Shown here: one piece after another, positions 9,557 to 19,426 of the stretch
Layout: each line of letters starts with the position of its first letter
Position numbering within the stretch: the stretch's first letter is position 1
NCBI GenBank assembly: GCA_963838285.1
Contig: CAWIQP010000007.1
Coordinates: 194,193 to 258,192 of the forward strand
Direction of reading: 5' to 3'
Source: an uncultured Chloroflexia bacterium
Lineage (GTDB): Bacteria; Chloroflexota; Limnocylindria; Limnocylindrales; CSP1-4
Length of the DNA: 64,000 bases
The notes under the pieces: model-generated
Database searches by the model: none
Seen by the model: only the letters and a program-made list of their open reading frames with translations
What the model was told of the DNA's origin: nothing
Position numbers and translations under genes: made by a program

Positions 9557-10659
9557 TCCCGCCCGCCCGCCCCGATCTAGGTCCCGAGGAGGTCGCCGCC
9601 GTCACGGAGGTGCTGGGCAGCGGCATGATCGCCCAGGGTCGCAAGGTCGCCGAGCTGGAGCAGCGCTGGGCCGCCTTCTGCGGCGTCAAGCACGCGATCG
9701 CCGTGTCGAACGGCACGGTGGCTCTGATGTCGATCTTCGCGGGCCTCGGCCTGGGCCCCGGCGACGAGGTCATCACCGTCTCCCACACCTTCAACGCCAC
9801 GGTTAGTTCCATTCTGTTCACGGGGGCCTCCCCGGTCTTCGTGGACATCGAGCCGGACACGTACCTGATGGACGCCGGCCGGATCGAAGCCGCCATCACG
9901 CCACGGACGAGGGCCATATGCCCCGTCAGCCTGTTCGGCATCGTCGCAGACATGGACGCCATCCAGGCCATCGCCGATCGCCACGGCCTGACGGTCGTCG
10001 AAGACGCCTGCCAGGCCCACGGCGCGCTCTATCGCGGCCGGCGAGCGGGCAGCTTCGGTACCGCCGCCTTCAGCTTGTACGCGACGAAGAACATGACCAC
10101 GGCCGAGGGCGGCTTCGTCACCACGAACGACGACCGCCTCGCCGATTGGATCCGGCTGTACATCAACCAGGGCATGAAGGTCCGGTATCACCACGAGATC
10201 CTCGGCTACAACTTCCGCATGACGGACCTCGCCGCGGCCATCGGTCTCGTCCAGCTCGACAAGCTCGAGCGGAACACGGCCCGACGCCAGGCGATCGCCA
10301 AGCGCTACGACGAAGCATTCGCCGACCTGCCGATCCAGCTCCCCACCTGGCCCGACGGCCGCACGCACGTGTACCACCAGTACACGATCGGCGTGGGACC
10401 GGCCCGCGACGCGATCGTGGCCGACATGAAGGACGCCGGCATCCTCTGCGGCATCTACTACCCGATCCCGTGCCACCGCCAGGCCTACGTCATGGAGCTC
10501 GGCATCGAGGCGGACCTGCCCAATACCGACGCGGCCGCGGCCGGCAGCATGTCGCTGCCGATGTACCCCGGCCTGACGGAGGCCGAGCAGGATCAAGTCG
10601 CAGCGGCCCTGCGGGCGTCGGTCCTGCGCCACGCGGTCGCCGCCGGCAACCGCTCGTGA
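9553..10659 (+). CDS. DegT/DnrJ/EryC1/StrS-family sugar aminotransferase (WbpE-like)
   Basis: PLP-dependent aminotransferase motifs (DEVITVSHTFNAT, VEDACQAHGA, SLYATKNMTTAEGG with the PLP lysine). ATG at 9553 follows the acetyltransferase stop. Confidence 0.85.
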   Translation: MIPPARPDLGPEEVAAVTEVLGSGMIAQGRKVAELEQRWAAFCGVKHAIAVSNGTVALMSIFAGLGLGPGDEVITVSHTFNATVSSILFTGASPVFVDIEPDTYLMDAGRIEAAITPRTRAICPVSLFGIVADMDAIQAIADRHGLTVVEDACQAHGALYRGRRAGSFGTAAFSLYATKNMTTAEGGFVTTNDDRLADWIRLYINQGMKVRYHHEILGYNFRMTDLAAAIGLVQLDKLERNTARRQAIAKRYDEAFADLPIQLPTWPDGRTHVYHQYTIGVGPARDAIVADMKDAGILCGIYYPIPCHRQAYVMELGIEADLPNTDAAAAGSMSLPMYPGLTEAEQDQVAAALRASVLRHAVAAGNRS

Positions 10660-11681
10660 CCGCGCCCGTGCGGCTCGGCCTGGCCGGGCTGGGCTCGATG
10701 GGCCGGAACCACCTCCGCGTCATCTCCAACCACCCCGAAACGACGCTCGTAGCGATCGCGGACCCCGATCCGGCTGCTCTCGAGGCCGCGGTCTCGCAGA
10801 CCGGGGCGAAGGGCTTCGCCGATCCCCTGGCCATGATCGCGGGGGCCGAGATCGACGGCGTGGTGCTGGCCGCGCCGACCACGGCCCATGTCGCCCTCGC
10901 TCTCGCCGCCATCGAACGCGGCCTGGGAGTGCTCGTCGAGAAGCCGCTGGCGGCCACCGTCGACGACGGGCTAGTCATCGTGGCCGCCGCCCGCAAGCGG
11001 AACGTCCGCGTTCAGGTGGGGCACGTGGAGCGGTACAACCCCGCCGTGATGGAGATGGGGCGCCTGCTGCGAGCCGGCTGGCTGTCCACGATCTACGCCA
11101 TCACCAGCCGCCGAGCCGGTCCCTTCCCGGCTCGCATCCGCGACGTCGGCGTGACCGTGGACCTGGGCACTCACGACGTGGACATGCTGTGCTGGATCGC
11201 CGGCGAGCGGCCCGTCCGCGTCTACGCCGAGACGGCCCAGAGGCTCCATGCCAGCCACGAGGACCTGACCTTCGGACTGATGCACTTCCCGTCCGGCGCC
11301 ACGGGGTTCCTCGACGTCGACTGGCTCACGCCCGCGAAGCGACGCAGCCTCGTTGCCGTCGGCGAGGAAGGCATGTTCGAGCTCGACTACCTCACTCAGA
11401 AGCTGACCTTCACCCGCTCCAACGTCGAGCGGCCGCAGATGATCGGCGGCTACGCCACGACCTTCACCGGCGACGTGGCGGAAATTCCGGTCCAGAACGT
11501 GGAGCCGCTTCGAGCCGAGCTCGACGAATTCGTACGCGTTCTGCGAACCGGAGACCGGCCGTACGTGGACGGCGAGGACGGCCTGTGGGCCGTCGCCATC
11601 GCCAACGCGCTGCTGACCGCCGCCGCCGAGGGCCGTCCCGTCGACCTGTCCGACCTTCCATCGAGGCTAGCAGCCGAATGA
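10656..11681 (+). CDS. Gfo/Idh/MocA-family NAD-dependent sugar oxidoreductase (WbpB-like)
   Basis: N-terminal Rossmann fold (RLGLAGLGSMGRNHL) and the C-terminal domain of the Gfo/Idh/MocA family. GTG at 10656 overlaps the previous stop. Confidence 0.8.
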   Translation: MTAPVRLGLAGLGSMGRNHLRVISNHPETTLVAIADPDPAALEAAVSQTGAKGFADPLAMIAGAEIDGVVLAAPTTAHVALALAAIERGLGVLVEKPLAATVDDGLVIVAAARKRNVRVQVGHVERYNPAVMEMGRLLRAGWLSTIYAITSRRAGPFPARIRDVGVTVDLGTHDVDMLCWIAGERPVRVYAETAQRLHASHEDLTFGLMHFPSGATGFLDVDWLTPAKRRSLVAVGEEGMFELDYLTQKLTFTRSNVERPQMIGGYATTFTGDVAEIPVQNVEPLRAELDEFVRVLRTGDRPYVDGEDGLWAVAIANALLTAAAEGRPVDLSDLPSRLAAE

Positions 11682-13120
11682 CCATCGTCTCGCGCCCTTC
11701 GCGCGTCGTCAGCTTCCTGGGCGGCTCGATCAATCCGCCCGCCAATCCGTGCACCCACAAGACCCCGAAGTCGGTGCGTCCCTGGACCGGCGACCGCGGC
11801 ACCGTCGGCCGGGCCGTAGTGGTCGGCGCGGGCAAGATGGGACTGCCGCTGGCCGTCCAGTTCGCCCGCCACGGTTGGGACGTGACCGCGGTCGACGTAA
11901 ATCCGGACGTCGTGGCGGCCATCAACGAGGGTCGGTCCCACGTCGCCGAGGAGCCCGGACTGGCCGAGGGCGTAGCCGAGGTCCACACCGCGGGTCGCCT
12001 CCACGCCACGGCCGACGCCGCCACCGCGGTTCGCGAAGCGGACGTCGCCGTCCTCATCGTGCCCGTAATGCTCGACGACGCCCAGCAGCCGGACTACCGC
12101 TACATGGACTCCGCCGTGGACTCTATCTCCGGCGGGATTCACTCGGGCGTCACGGTCATCTTCGAAACCACTCTCCCGGTCGGGGACACGCGCGGGCGGT
12201 TCGCGCCCAGGCTCGAGGCGGCCAGCGGGCTCAAGGCCGACACGGACTTCTTCGTCGCCTTCTCGCCGGAGCGCCTCTACTCCGGAGCCGTGTTCGCCAA
12301 CCTTTCGACCTACCCCAAGCTCGTCGGCGGCATCGGACCGGAGTCCGGACGGCGCGCGGCCGAGTTCTACGACTCCGTCCTTGACGCCGAGATCGTGAAG
12401 ATGAGCTGCGCCGAGGCGGCCGAGTTCAGCAAGATCGCCGACACGACCTACCGCGACGTGAACATCGCCCTCGCCAACGACTTCGCCCTCTACGCCGACC
12501 GCGTCGGAGTCGACATCCAGGAGGTCATCGACGGCGCGAACAGCCAGCCGTACTCGCACATCCACCAGCCCGGCATCGGCGTCGGCGGCCACTGCATCCC
12601 GGTCTATCCTCACCTGCTTCTGAGCCGCGCCCCCGACCTCGAGGTCGTGGCGGTCTCGCGCCGCACCAACGACGCCCAGGTAGGCAACGCCATCAAGTCG
12701 CTCGAGACGCACCTGGGCGGTCTCGACGAAGTGCCGATCCTCGTTCTCGGCCTGACCTATCGCGAGAACGTCAAAGAACTCGCCTATTCGCGGGCCCTGC
12801 CGCTGATCGAGCGGCTCTCGTTCCACGGCGCCGACGTTTCCGCGTACGACCCGCTCCTCTCTGCGGCGGAAGTGGAGGAGCGCTGTTGCGCCACGCCGTA
12901 CGCCTGGGGCCGGCCGGCGCCGTTCAGGGCCATCGTGACCCAGACCGCGGACAAGCTCTGGAACGAGATCGACTTCTCGCTCTTCCCCGACCTCGAGCTG
13001 ATCCTCGACGGTCGGAATAGCCTGCGCGGGATCGACCTGCCGGCGGAAGTGCGTTACGTGGGCATCGGCGTTCAGGCCGCCACGAGGCGCCGAGCCGCCG
13101 ACGCCCCCGCCTCGAGCTGA
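11678..13120 (+). CDS. UDP-sugar 6-dehydrogenase (UDP-N-acetyl-D-glucosamine/mannosamine dehydrogenase; WbpA/WecC-like)
   Basis: VVVGAGKMGLPLAV NAD-binding fold and central GGHCIPV catalytic Cys motif. ATG at 11678 overlaps the upstream stop (ATGA). Upstream part of table ORF 11189..13120 is an alternate frame. Confidence 0.85.
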   Translation: MTIVSRPSRVVSFLGGSINPPANPCTHKTPKSVRPWTGDRGTVGRAVVVGAGKMGLPLAVQFARHGWDVTAVDVNPDVVAAINEGRSHVAEEPGLAEGVAEVHTAGRLHATADAATAVREADVAVLIVPVMLDDAQQPDYRYMDSAVDSISGGIHSGVTVIFETTLPVGDTRGRFAPRLEAASGLKADTDFFVAFSPERLYSGAVFANLSTYPKLVGGIGPESGRRAAEFYDSVLDAEIVKMSCAEAAEFSKIADTTYRDVNIALANDFALYADRVGVDIQEVIDGANSQPYSHIHQPGIGVGGHCIPVYPHLLLSRAPDLEVVAVSRRTNDAQVGNAIKSLETHLGGLDEVPILVLGLTYRENVKELAYSRALPLIERLSFHGADVSAYDPLLSAAEVEERCCATPYAWGRPAPFRAIVTQTADKLWNEIDFSLFPDLELILDGRNSLRGIDLPAEVRYVGIGVQAATRRRAADAPASS

Positions 13121-13130
13121 CCGGACCGGC

Positions 13131-14282
13131 ATGCGGATCGTCAGCGTCGTCGGCACGCGACCGCAGCTGATCAAGGCCGCCGCGCTCCAGCCCGTCCTTC
13201 GCCGGAGCCACGTCGAGACGTTCGTGGATACCGGCCAGCACTACGACGACGCCATGGCCGGGGACTTCTTCGGGGAGCTGGGGCTTGCCCGCCCGGACCA
13301 CACCCTTGGCATCGGCGGCGGCGGCCACGGAGACCAGACCGGCCGTATGCTCGTCGCCCTGGAGCCGTTGTTGCGGGACGCGGCGCCCGACGCCGTCCTG
13401 GTCTACGGCGACACCAACTCCACCCTGGCGGGGGCGCTGGCGGCGGCGAAGCTGGGCATCCCCGTCGCCCACGTCGAGGCCGGCCTGCGGAGCTTCGACC
13501 GGCGCATGCCCGAAGAACTGAACCGCGTCGTGGCCGACCACCTTTCGCGCTGGCTCTTCGCGCCCACTCCGGCGGCGGTGTCGAACCTGGCCGCGGAGGG
13601 GATCTCCTCAGGGGTGCTCGATGTCGGCGATTTGATGCTCGACCTGGCCGCGCGCGTCTCCGAGGAAGTCCGGAGCGCGGCCGTCCTGGAGCCCATCGCC
13701 GGGCGGCTCGGCGTGGCGCTCGCGCCTGGTCGCTTCCTCTTCGCCACAGTCCATCGGGCCGAGAACCGCGACCCGGCCGCGCTGGCGGCCTGGGCGGCGC
13801 TGCTGGGCGCCGTCGCGGCTCCGGATCGGCCGGTGATCCTGGCGCTCCATCCCGGAACGCGATCGGCGCTGGACGGCGCGGAGATCGCCCTTCCCGGCGG
13901 CGTGATCGTCGTGGGGCCGCAAGGTTACCGGACGTCCCTGGCACTGCAATTGCACGCGGCCGCCGTTCTGACCGACTCGGGCGGCGTCCAACGCGAAGCG
14001 GCCTGGCTGGGCGTCCCGTGCCTGGTCCTCCGAACCTCGACCGAATGGGTCGAAACCGTCGGCGGCGCCGGGAGCTCGGCCGTCCTGGTCGGACTCGATC
14101 GCGAGGCCGCCCTGAGGGAGCTTTCAGCTCGCGCTCCGCTCTCCCGAACGGTCGAGCAGGCCGTCGAGCGAGCCGCGAGCCTGCGCCTCACCGGCTCCGG
14201 CGCGGCCGAACGCATCTCCTCGGCCCTGACCTCCGGCGCCGCCACTGCCGCCCCATCCGCCGCCGCGGGAGCCCGGCGATGA
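13131..14282 (+). CDS. non-hydrolysing UDP-N-acetylglucosamine-type 2-epimerase (WecB/WbpI-like)
   Basis: MRIVSVVGTRPQLIKAAAL...DTGQHYD...VLVYGDTNSTLAGALAAAKLGIPVAHVEAGLRS matches the WecB signature. Confidence 0.85.
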   Translation: MRIVSVVGTRPQLIKAAALQPVLRRSHVETFVDTGQHYDDAMAGDFFGELGLARPDHTLGIGGGGHGDQTGRMLVALEPLLRDAAPDAVLVYGDTNSTLAGALAAAKLGIPVAHVEAGLRSFDRRMPEELNRVVADHLSRWLFAPTPAAVSNLAAEGISSGVLDVGDLMLDLAARVSEEVRSAAVLEPIAGRLGVALAPGRFLFATVHRAENRDPAALAAWAALLGAVAAPDRPVILALHPGTRSALDGAEIALPGGVIVVGPQGYRTSLALQLHAAAVLTDSGGVQREAAWLGVPCLVLRTSTEWVETVGGAGSSAVLVGLDREAALRELSARAPLSRTVEQAVERAASLRLTGSGAAERISSALTSGAATAAPSAAAGARR

Positions 14283-15517
14283 CCGCGACCCGGCCGCGCC
14301 GGCCGATCTGCATGATCGTCCACGCCTACTACGAGGAGGATCCTCGCGTTCGCCGCGAGGCGGAGTCTCTGGTCGCCGCCGGCTGGGAGGTGGACGTCTA
14401 CGGCCTGCGCCGGCCGGGCGAGGCGGAAACGGCCGTGGTCGCGGGCGTGAACCTGCGCCGTCTGCCGGTGGGCCGACACCAGGGCGCCGGCCTGCCGGTC
14501 TATCTCGTCGAGTACGGGGCGTTCCTCGTTCGGGCGCTCTGGGCCGCCACGCTCGCCCACCGCCGGCGGCGTTACGCGCTGGTCGAGGTTCACTCGCTGC
14601 CGGACTACCTGGTCTTCGCGGCACTGCCGATGAAGCTCGCCGGCGTTCCGGTGCTGCTGGACCTCCACGAGGCCATGCCGGAGTTCTTCCGAAGCAGGTT
14701 CCCGAAGGCGGCCAACCCGATCAGCTACCGGTTACTGCTGTTGCAGGAGAGGCTGTCCATCGCCCTGGCGGACGAGGTGATGACGGTCAACGAGCCGCTT
14801 GCCGAGCGCTTGCGCGGCCTGGGCGTCGAGCCGGACCGGCTTACCGTCGTCCTGAACAGCCCGGACCTGGGCCTCTTCGATCCGAGCGCCCGGCCCCGCC
14901 GCGACTTCATGGCCGACGGCACGCTCCGCATCGTCTACACCGGCGCCCTCACGCCGACGTACGAGCTGGACGTGGTCCTGCGGGCGGTATCGGAGATCGG
15001 GCGGAGACGGCCGGAACTGCCCGTGAGCGCGACTTTCTACGGCCGCGGCGACGCCCTGCCCGCGCTCGAGGCCCTGGCCTCCGAGCTCGGCATCGCCGAC
15101 CGCGTCACCTTCCCGGGCCGCATTCCCATCGAGGACGTGCCGGGGGCGGTGGCCGAGGGCGACATCGGCGTGGCTCCAACGCGTCTCGACCCGTTCACGG
15201 GCATGAGCCTGTCGACGAAGGTTCTGGAGTACGCGGCCATGGACAAGCCCGTCGTGGCTTCACGCCTGCCCACGGTCGAGCGGTACTTCAGCCCCGACAC
15301 GCTCTCGGTCTACGAGCCGGGGGACCCGGAGTCGCTCGCCGCGACCATCCTCGGTCTGGTCGACGATGCCCCGGGCCGCCTGGACCGCGTCGATCGAACG
15401 CGCAGGCGCATGGACGAGCTGAGCTGGACCCGCCAGGCCGAGGCCTACAGGCGGGTTGTCGATCGCCTTACGGCACGGCCTCGGACCGCGGCCGCCGGGC
15501 GGATTCCGCCACCCTGA
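14279..15517 (+). CDS. GT4-family glycosyltransferase
   Basis: GT-B fold with the C-terminal EX7E-type region (GVAPTRLDPFTGMSLSTKVLEYAAMDKPVVAS). ATG at 14279 overlaps the epimerase stop. Confidence 0.8.
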   Translation: MTATRPRRPICMIVHAYYEEDPRVRREAESLVAAGWEVDVYGLRRPGEAETAVVAGVNLRRLPVGRHQGAGLPVYLVEYGAFLVRALWAATLAHRRRRYALVEVHSLPDYLVFAALPMKLAGVPVLLDLHEAMPEFFRSRFPKAANPISYRLLLLQERLSIALADEVMTVNEPLAERLRGLGVEPDRLTVVLNSPDLGLFDPSARPRRDFMADGTLRIVYTGALTPTYELDVVLRAVSEIGRRRPELPVSATFYGRGDALPALEALASELGIADRVTFPGRIPIEDVPGAVAEGDIGVAPTRLDPFTGMSLSTKVLEYAAMDKPVVASRLPTVERYFSPDTLSVYEPGDPESLAATILGLVDDAPGRLDRVDRTRRRMDELSWTRQAEAYRRVVDRLTARPRTAAAGRIPPP

Positions 15518-15646
15518 GGCCCGTTCCGTAGCCCGGATCTGGACCCGCAATCCGCGGCCCGCCTTTTCAGCAAGCGGAATGCGGTAGCATACGGCTCCGT
15601 TACGCCGGCGTGCCTCGCCGGGTCACACACGCACCAGGACGCGTAG

Positions 15647-17443
15647 ATGACTTTCCGCACAAGAACGGCTCCCAGGCCCACACGCCGCCGAACACGTCGC
15701 GACGACACCCGCCGAGCGATCTACATCACGATCACCTTCACGCTCGCCATTGCTTGCGCCCTGGCGCTTCTGGGCGGCGTCTTCGCGGCCAACTGGTACA
15801 CGGACCACCTGGCCCCGATCGCAGCGGTCAACGGGCAGGTCATCAGCAAGGACGACGTTCGAGCCCGCGTGAGCGTCAACCTGGCGCGCGACGAACGGCT
15901 GCTCGCCGACTACCAGAAGCTGCGGAACCAGGGCCTGATCACCACCGACGACTACAGCTCCCTGGAGACCAAGATCCAGACCGACGAGGACCCGTCGACC
16001 GTCTACAGCAACGCCCTGACCCAGCTGACCAACGAGGCAGAGCTCGCGCAGTACGCGGCGCAGAACGGCATCTCGATCTCGGATCAGCAGGTCGACGCGC
16101 AGATCCAGACCGACGGCACGATTCCCGAGATGCGCCACGTCGAGATCATCGGCGTGGAAACCAAGCCCACGCCGCCGGCCAGCGCGACCGTCGCGGCGGA
16201 CTTCACCGCCGCCGAAGCCAAGGCAGAGGGCTACATCAAGGAGATCCAGGGCGGCAAGGCGTGGGGCGACGTCGCCACCGAGTCGGGCTCCACGGGCTCC
16301 GACGCGACCGGCAGCGTCGGCGATCTCGGCCTGATCACGAAGGACGCGCTCAACGTCGATCCGGATCTGGCGGATGCCATCTTCGCCCTGGCCAAGCCCA
16401 ACGACCTGACGACCGTTTTCAAGGGCACCGACGGAAACTACCGCTTCGCGACGGTGACGAGCATCGTGCCCAAGTACGTGGACACCGACTGGGAGAGCAC
16501 GATCGACGCCAACGCCAGCGCCGACCAGTACCGATCCATGGCCCGCGCCGAAGCGACCCAGAAGGCCGTCCAGGCCGCGGTCGAGGCCAAGTACATCACC
16601 GGCCCCACTCTCCAGAAGCACGTACTCGAGATCGCGATCGGCGCCGGCTACGGCCAGCCCGGGGACGGCGACGACGTCAAGATCAGCATCATGGTGTTCG
16701 CCCCGAACCACGACGAGGCGGACGCCACGAACGTGGCGACCACGGACTCGTCCTGGACGGATGCCAAGAGCCGTGCCGACGCGGCTGTGGCTACGCTGCG
16801 CGCGGATCCGTCGAAGTTCGCGACGATGGCGGAGGACAAGACCGTCAACGACGACACGTACTGGAACACTGCCGGCGGCGACATCCCCTGGATCCCGAGC
16901 GACCTGTTCAACGCGCAGACGTCCGGCGGCAGCCAGGGCCTTGGGCTGACCAACGTGCAGGCCGCCGTCTTCGCAACCGGCCTGACCCCCGGCACGATCC
17001 TCGACCCGATCCAGGAGCCCTCGCAGGGCTACGTAGTGGTCCTGTTCCAGGGCAGGCGGCCCGCTCCGGATCAGCGCATCGCCGACGCGATGCTCATGGT
17101 CAACGCCGGCACCGATTTCGCCACCGAGGCGACGCAGGCCTCCGAGGCGCCCGACGCCTCCACCGGCGCCGATCTGGGCTGGGTCTCGCCGTACATGCTC
17201 ACGGACGCGTCCCAACAGGCCATCAAGCAGACCCCGCTTGGCAGCGTGAGCAACATCGTGAGCAGCGGCGGCTACTACATCTACAAGGTCATCGACCAGC
17301 AGACCAGGACCCCGGACGCGGCTCAGCAGGCCAAGCTCAAGAACGTCGTGTACCAGCACTGGCTGAGCGAGTTCCAGGCGAACGCGCTCGTGTGGACGGA
17401 CTCGGCGGCGCTGACCGCGATGGCCCCGGCGTCTCCGACGTAG
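15647..17443 (+). CDS. membrane-anchored parvulin-type peptidyl-prolyl isomerase (PrsA/SurA-like foldase)
   Basis: N-terminal signal anchor (ITITFTLAIACALALLGGVFA), SurA-N-like region and two rotamase-like segments (HVEII..., GDLGLITKDALNVDPDLADAIFAL; GADLGWVSPYML...). Confidence 0.7.
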   Translation: MTFRTRTAPRPTRRRTRRDDTRRAIYITITFTLAIACALALLGGVFAANWYTDHLAPIAAVNGQVISKDDVRARVSVNLARDERLLADYQKLRNQGLITTDDYSSLETKIQTDEDPSTVYSNALTQLTNEAELAQYAAQNGISISDQQVDAQIQTDGTIPEMRHVEIIGVETKPTPPASATVAADFTAAEAKAEGYIKEIQGGKAWGDVATESGSTGSDATGSVGDLGLITKDALNVDPDLADAIFALAKPNDLTTVFKGTDGNYRFATVTSIVPKYVDTDWESTIDANASADQYRSMARAEATQKAVQAAVEAKYITGPTLQKHVLEIAIGAGYGQPGDGDDVKISIMVFAPNHDEADATNVATTDSSWTDAKSRADAAVATLRADPSKFATMAEDKTVNDDTYWNTAGGDIPWIPSDLFNAQTSGGSQGLGLTNVQAAVFATGLTPGTILDPIQEPSQGYVVVLFQGRRPAPDQRIADAMLMVNAGTDFATEATQASEAPDASTGADLGWVSPYMLTDASQQAIKQTPLGSVSNIVSSGGYYIYKVIDQQTRTPDAAQQAKLKNVVYQHWLSEFQANALVWTDSAALTAMAPASPT

Positions 17444-17456
17444 CCGCGCGGGATCG

Positions 17457-18680
17457 GTGCTCGACGCCTTCGTCGCCGAGGCTAGGATCCGCTGGGGACT
17501 CGATCCGGCGGCCGGGCTTCAGATTGCGACCCCCGAGCGGCTGACGGGCACGCCGGTGGAGCCGTCGCGGCCGCTCCTGCTCGTCCCGCAGGCTCTGCTG
17601 CGCGCCGGCGAGACGGCCGAGGTCGCGGACGTGGCGCTTCCGGGCCGGCACGCTCCGGCCGGGCGTGATGCCGTGAGCGTGCTCCGGCGCCTGTACCCGG
17701 CAGATCATGTCGTGGGCCGCATCGGCGCGGCCGAAACCACGACCGTGGGCGACCTGGATGAGCCGGCACTGGCCGGGCCGCTATACCTCGCGCCCGTATC
17801 ACCCGAGCTTGCCCTCGCGAGTCCCTGGGCCCTGCCCTGGATCGTGGATCGGCTCCGCCGGCCCGACGGCTGCCCCTGGGATCGCGAGCAGACGCACACC
17901 TCCCTCAAGAAGAACCTTCTCGAGGAGGCATACGAGGTGTACGACGCGCTGGACGCCGGCGCCACGCCCGACCTGGCGGGCGAGTTGGGCGACCTCTACC
18001 TGCAGATCGTCCTCCATGCCCAGCTGGCCGCCGAGGCCGGCGTCTTCGACATGACCGACGTCGAGGAGAAGATCGCCCGCAAGATCGTCCACCGCCATCC
18101 GCACGTGTTCGGCGACGCCCACGTCGAGACGGCGTCCGACGTGAACCGCCAGTGGGAGCAGATCAAGCGAGTCGAGCGCGAGGACGAAGCCGCCGCGGGA
18201 CTCGCCGGCGGAGTGGCCGCGGCCGAGGTCCGCAGCGCCCTCGATGGCGTCTCGCCGTCGATGCCGGCGCTCGCGGCGGCGCAGGAGATGCAGGAACGGG
18301 CCGCCCATCTCGGCTACGACTGGCCCGAGATCGTCGGCATTCTCGACAAGGTCCAGGAGGAGATGGACGAGCTGGCCGCGGCCACGACCGACGAGGAGAG
18401 GCGCGAGGAGGTCGGGGACCTGCTGCTGGTCATTTCGAACCTGGCCAGGCGCCACGGCGTCGAGGCGGAGGGGGCTCTGCGCGCCGCGGCCAACAAGTTC
18501 CGGGACCGCTTCCGGCGCGTGGAACGTATGGCCCGCGAGCGCAACGTCCAGTTCCGCGACCTGTCGTTCGCCGAACTCGACGAGTTGTGGGATGCTGCGA
18601 AGGCCGAAGCACGAGCCGAGGCCGCGGACCGCCAGACGGCGGCGCGCGACCTCCCGTCGCCGGAGGAGACATCGCGATGA
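17457..18680 (+). CDS. mazG: MazG-family nucleoside triphosphate pyrophosphohydrolase (tandem MazG domains, N-terminal extension)
   Basis: Two EExxE/D MazG cores (LLEEAYEVYDA...GELGDLYLQIV; KVQEEMDELAAA...EVGDLLLVISNLA). Confidence 0.75.
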   Translation: MLDAFVAEARIRWGLDPAAGLQIATPERLTGTPVEPSRPLLLVPQALLRAGETAEVADVALPGRHAPAGRDAVSVLRRLYPADHVVGRIGAAETTTVGDLDEPALAGPLYLAPVSPELALASPWALPWIVDRLRRPDGCPWDREQTHTSLKKNLLEEAYEVYDALDAGATPDLAGELGDLYLQIVLHAQLAAEAGVFDMTDVEEKIARKIVHRHPHVFGDAHVETASDVNRQWEQIKRVEREDEAAAGLAGGVAAAEVRSALDGVSPSMPALAAAQEMQERAAHLGYDWPEIVGILDKVQEEMDELAAATTDEERREEVGDLLLVISNLARRHGVEAEGALRAAANKFRDRFRRVERMARERNVQFRDLSFAELDELWDAAKAEARAEAADRQTAARDLPSPEETSR

Positions 18681-19411
18681 CCATCGGGGCTCAATCGACA
18701 CAGCGAGCCGACGGCCGCCTGCCCGGCGACCTCAGGCCTGTGACCCTCACGCTCGGCGTGCAGAAATGGGCCGAAGGCTCGTGCCTGATCAAGCTCGGTG
18801 GCACCGAGGTCCTGTGCGCCGCCACCATCGAGGACAGGATCCCGCCCCACCTGCGCGGCAAGGGCACGGGCTGGGTGACCGCCGAGTACAGCATGCTGCC
18901 CCGGGCCACCAGCGAACGGAGCATCCGCGAGGCCGCCAAGGGCAAGGTCGGCGGGCGAACGTACGAGATTCAGCGGCTCGTGGGCCGGTCGCTGCGCGGC
19001 GTCGTCGACATGGCCAAGCTGGGTGAGCGGACGATCACGGTCGACTGCGACGTGATCAACGCCGACGGCGGCACCAGAACGGCGTCGATCACGGGCGGCT
19101 GGGTCGCGCTGGCCGCGGCGATGCGGACGTACGGCATGGAGCGCTGCCTGATCGGGCGAGTCGCGGCCGTCAGCGTCGGCATCGTCGGCGGCGTGACCTG
19201 CCTGGATCTCGACTACTCCGAGGACTCCAGGGCCGAGGTGGACTTCAACGTCGTGGCGACGGACGCGGGCAAGTACGTCGAGCTGCAGGGTACGGCCGAG
19301 GGGAAGCCGTTCGAGCGGTCCGACGTCGATCGCATGCTGGACCTCGCGGGCACCGGGCTCGAGCGTCTCTTCGCCGCCCAGGCCGAGGCGATCGCCTCGG
19401 TCAAGCGCTAG
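18677..19411 (+). CDS. rph: ribonuclease PH
   Basis: RADGR...GSCLIKLGGTEVLCAATIE...DCDVINADGGTRTASITG is the typical RNase PH sequence. ATG at 18677 overlaps the mazG stop. Confidence 0.9.
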   Translation: MTIGAQSTQRADGRLPGDLRPVTLTLGVQKWAEGSCLIKLGGTEVLCAATIEDRIPPHLRGKGTGWVTAEYSMLPRATSERSIREAAKGKVGGRTYEIQRLVGRSLRGVVDMAKLGERTITVDCDVINADGGTRTASITGGWVALAAAMRTYGMERCLIGRVAAVSVGIVGGVTCLDLDYSEDSRAEVDFNVVATDAGKYVELQGTAEGKPFERSDVDRMLDLAGTGLERLFAAQAEAIASVKR

Positions 19412-19426
19412 CGGCGCGACTGCCAC

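Noticed and set aside
15623-17359. A 578-aa minus-strand ORF antisense to the PPIase gene, and the 644-aa ORF 15610..17544 (+) in an overlapping frame.
   Set aside because: Low-complexity Gly/Arg/Asp/Val-rich translations. The parvulin-type foldase in the 15647..17443 frame has the recognisable domains.
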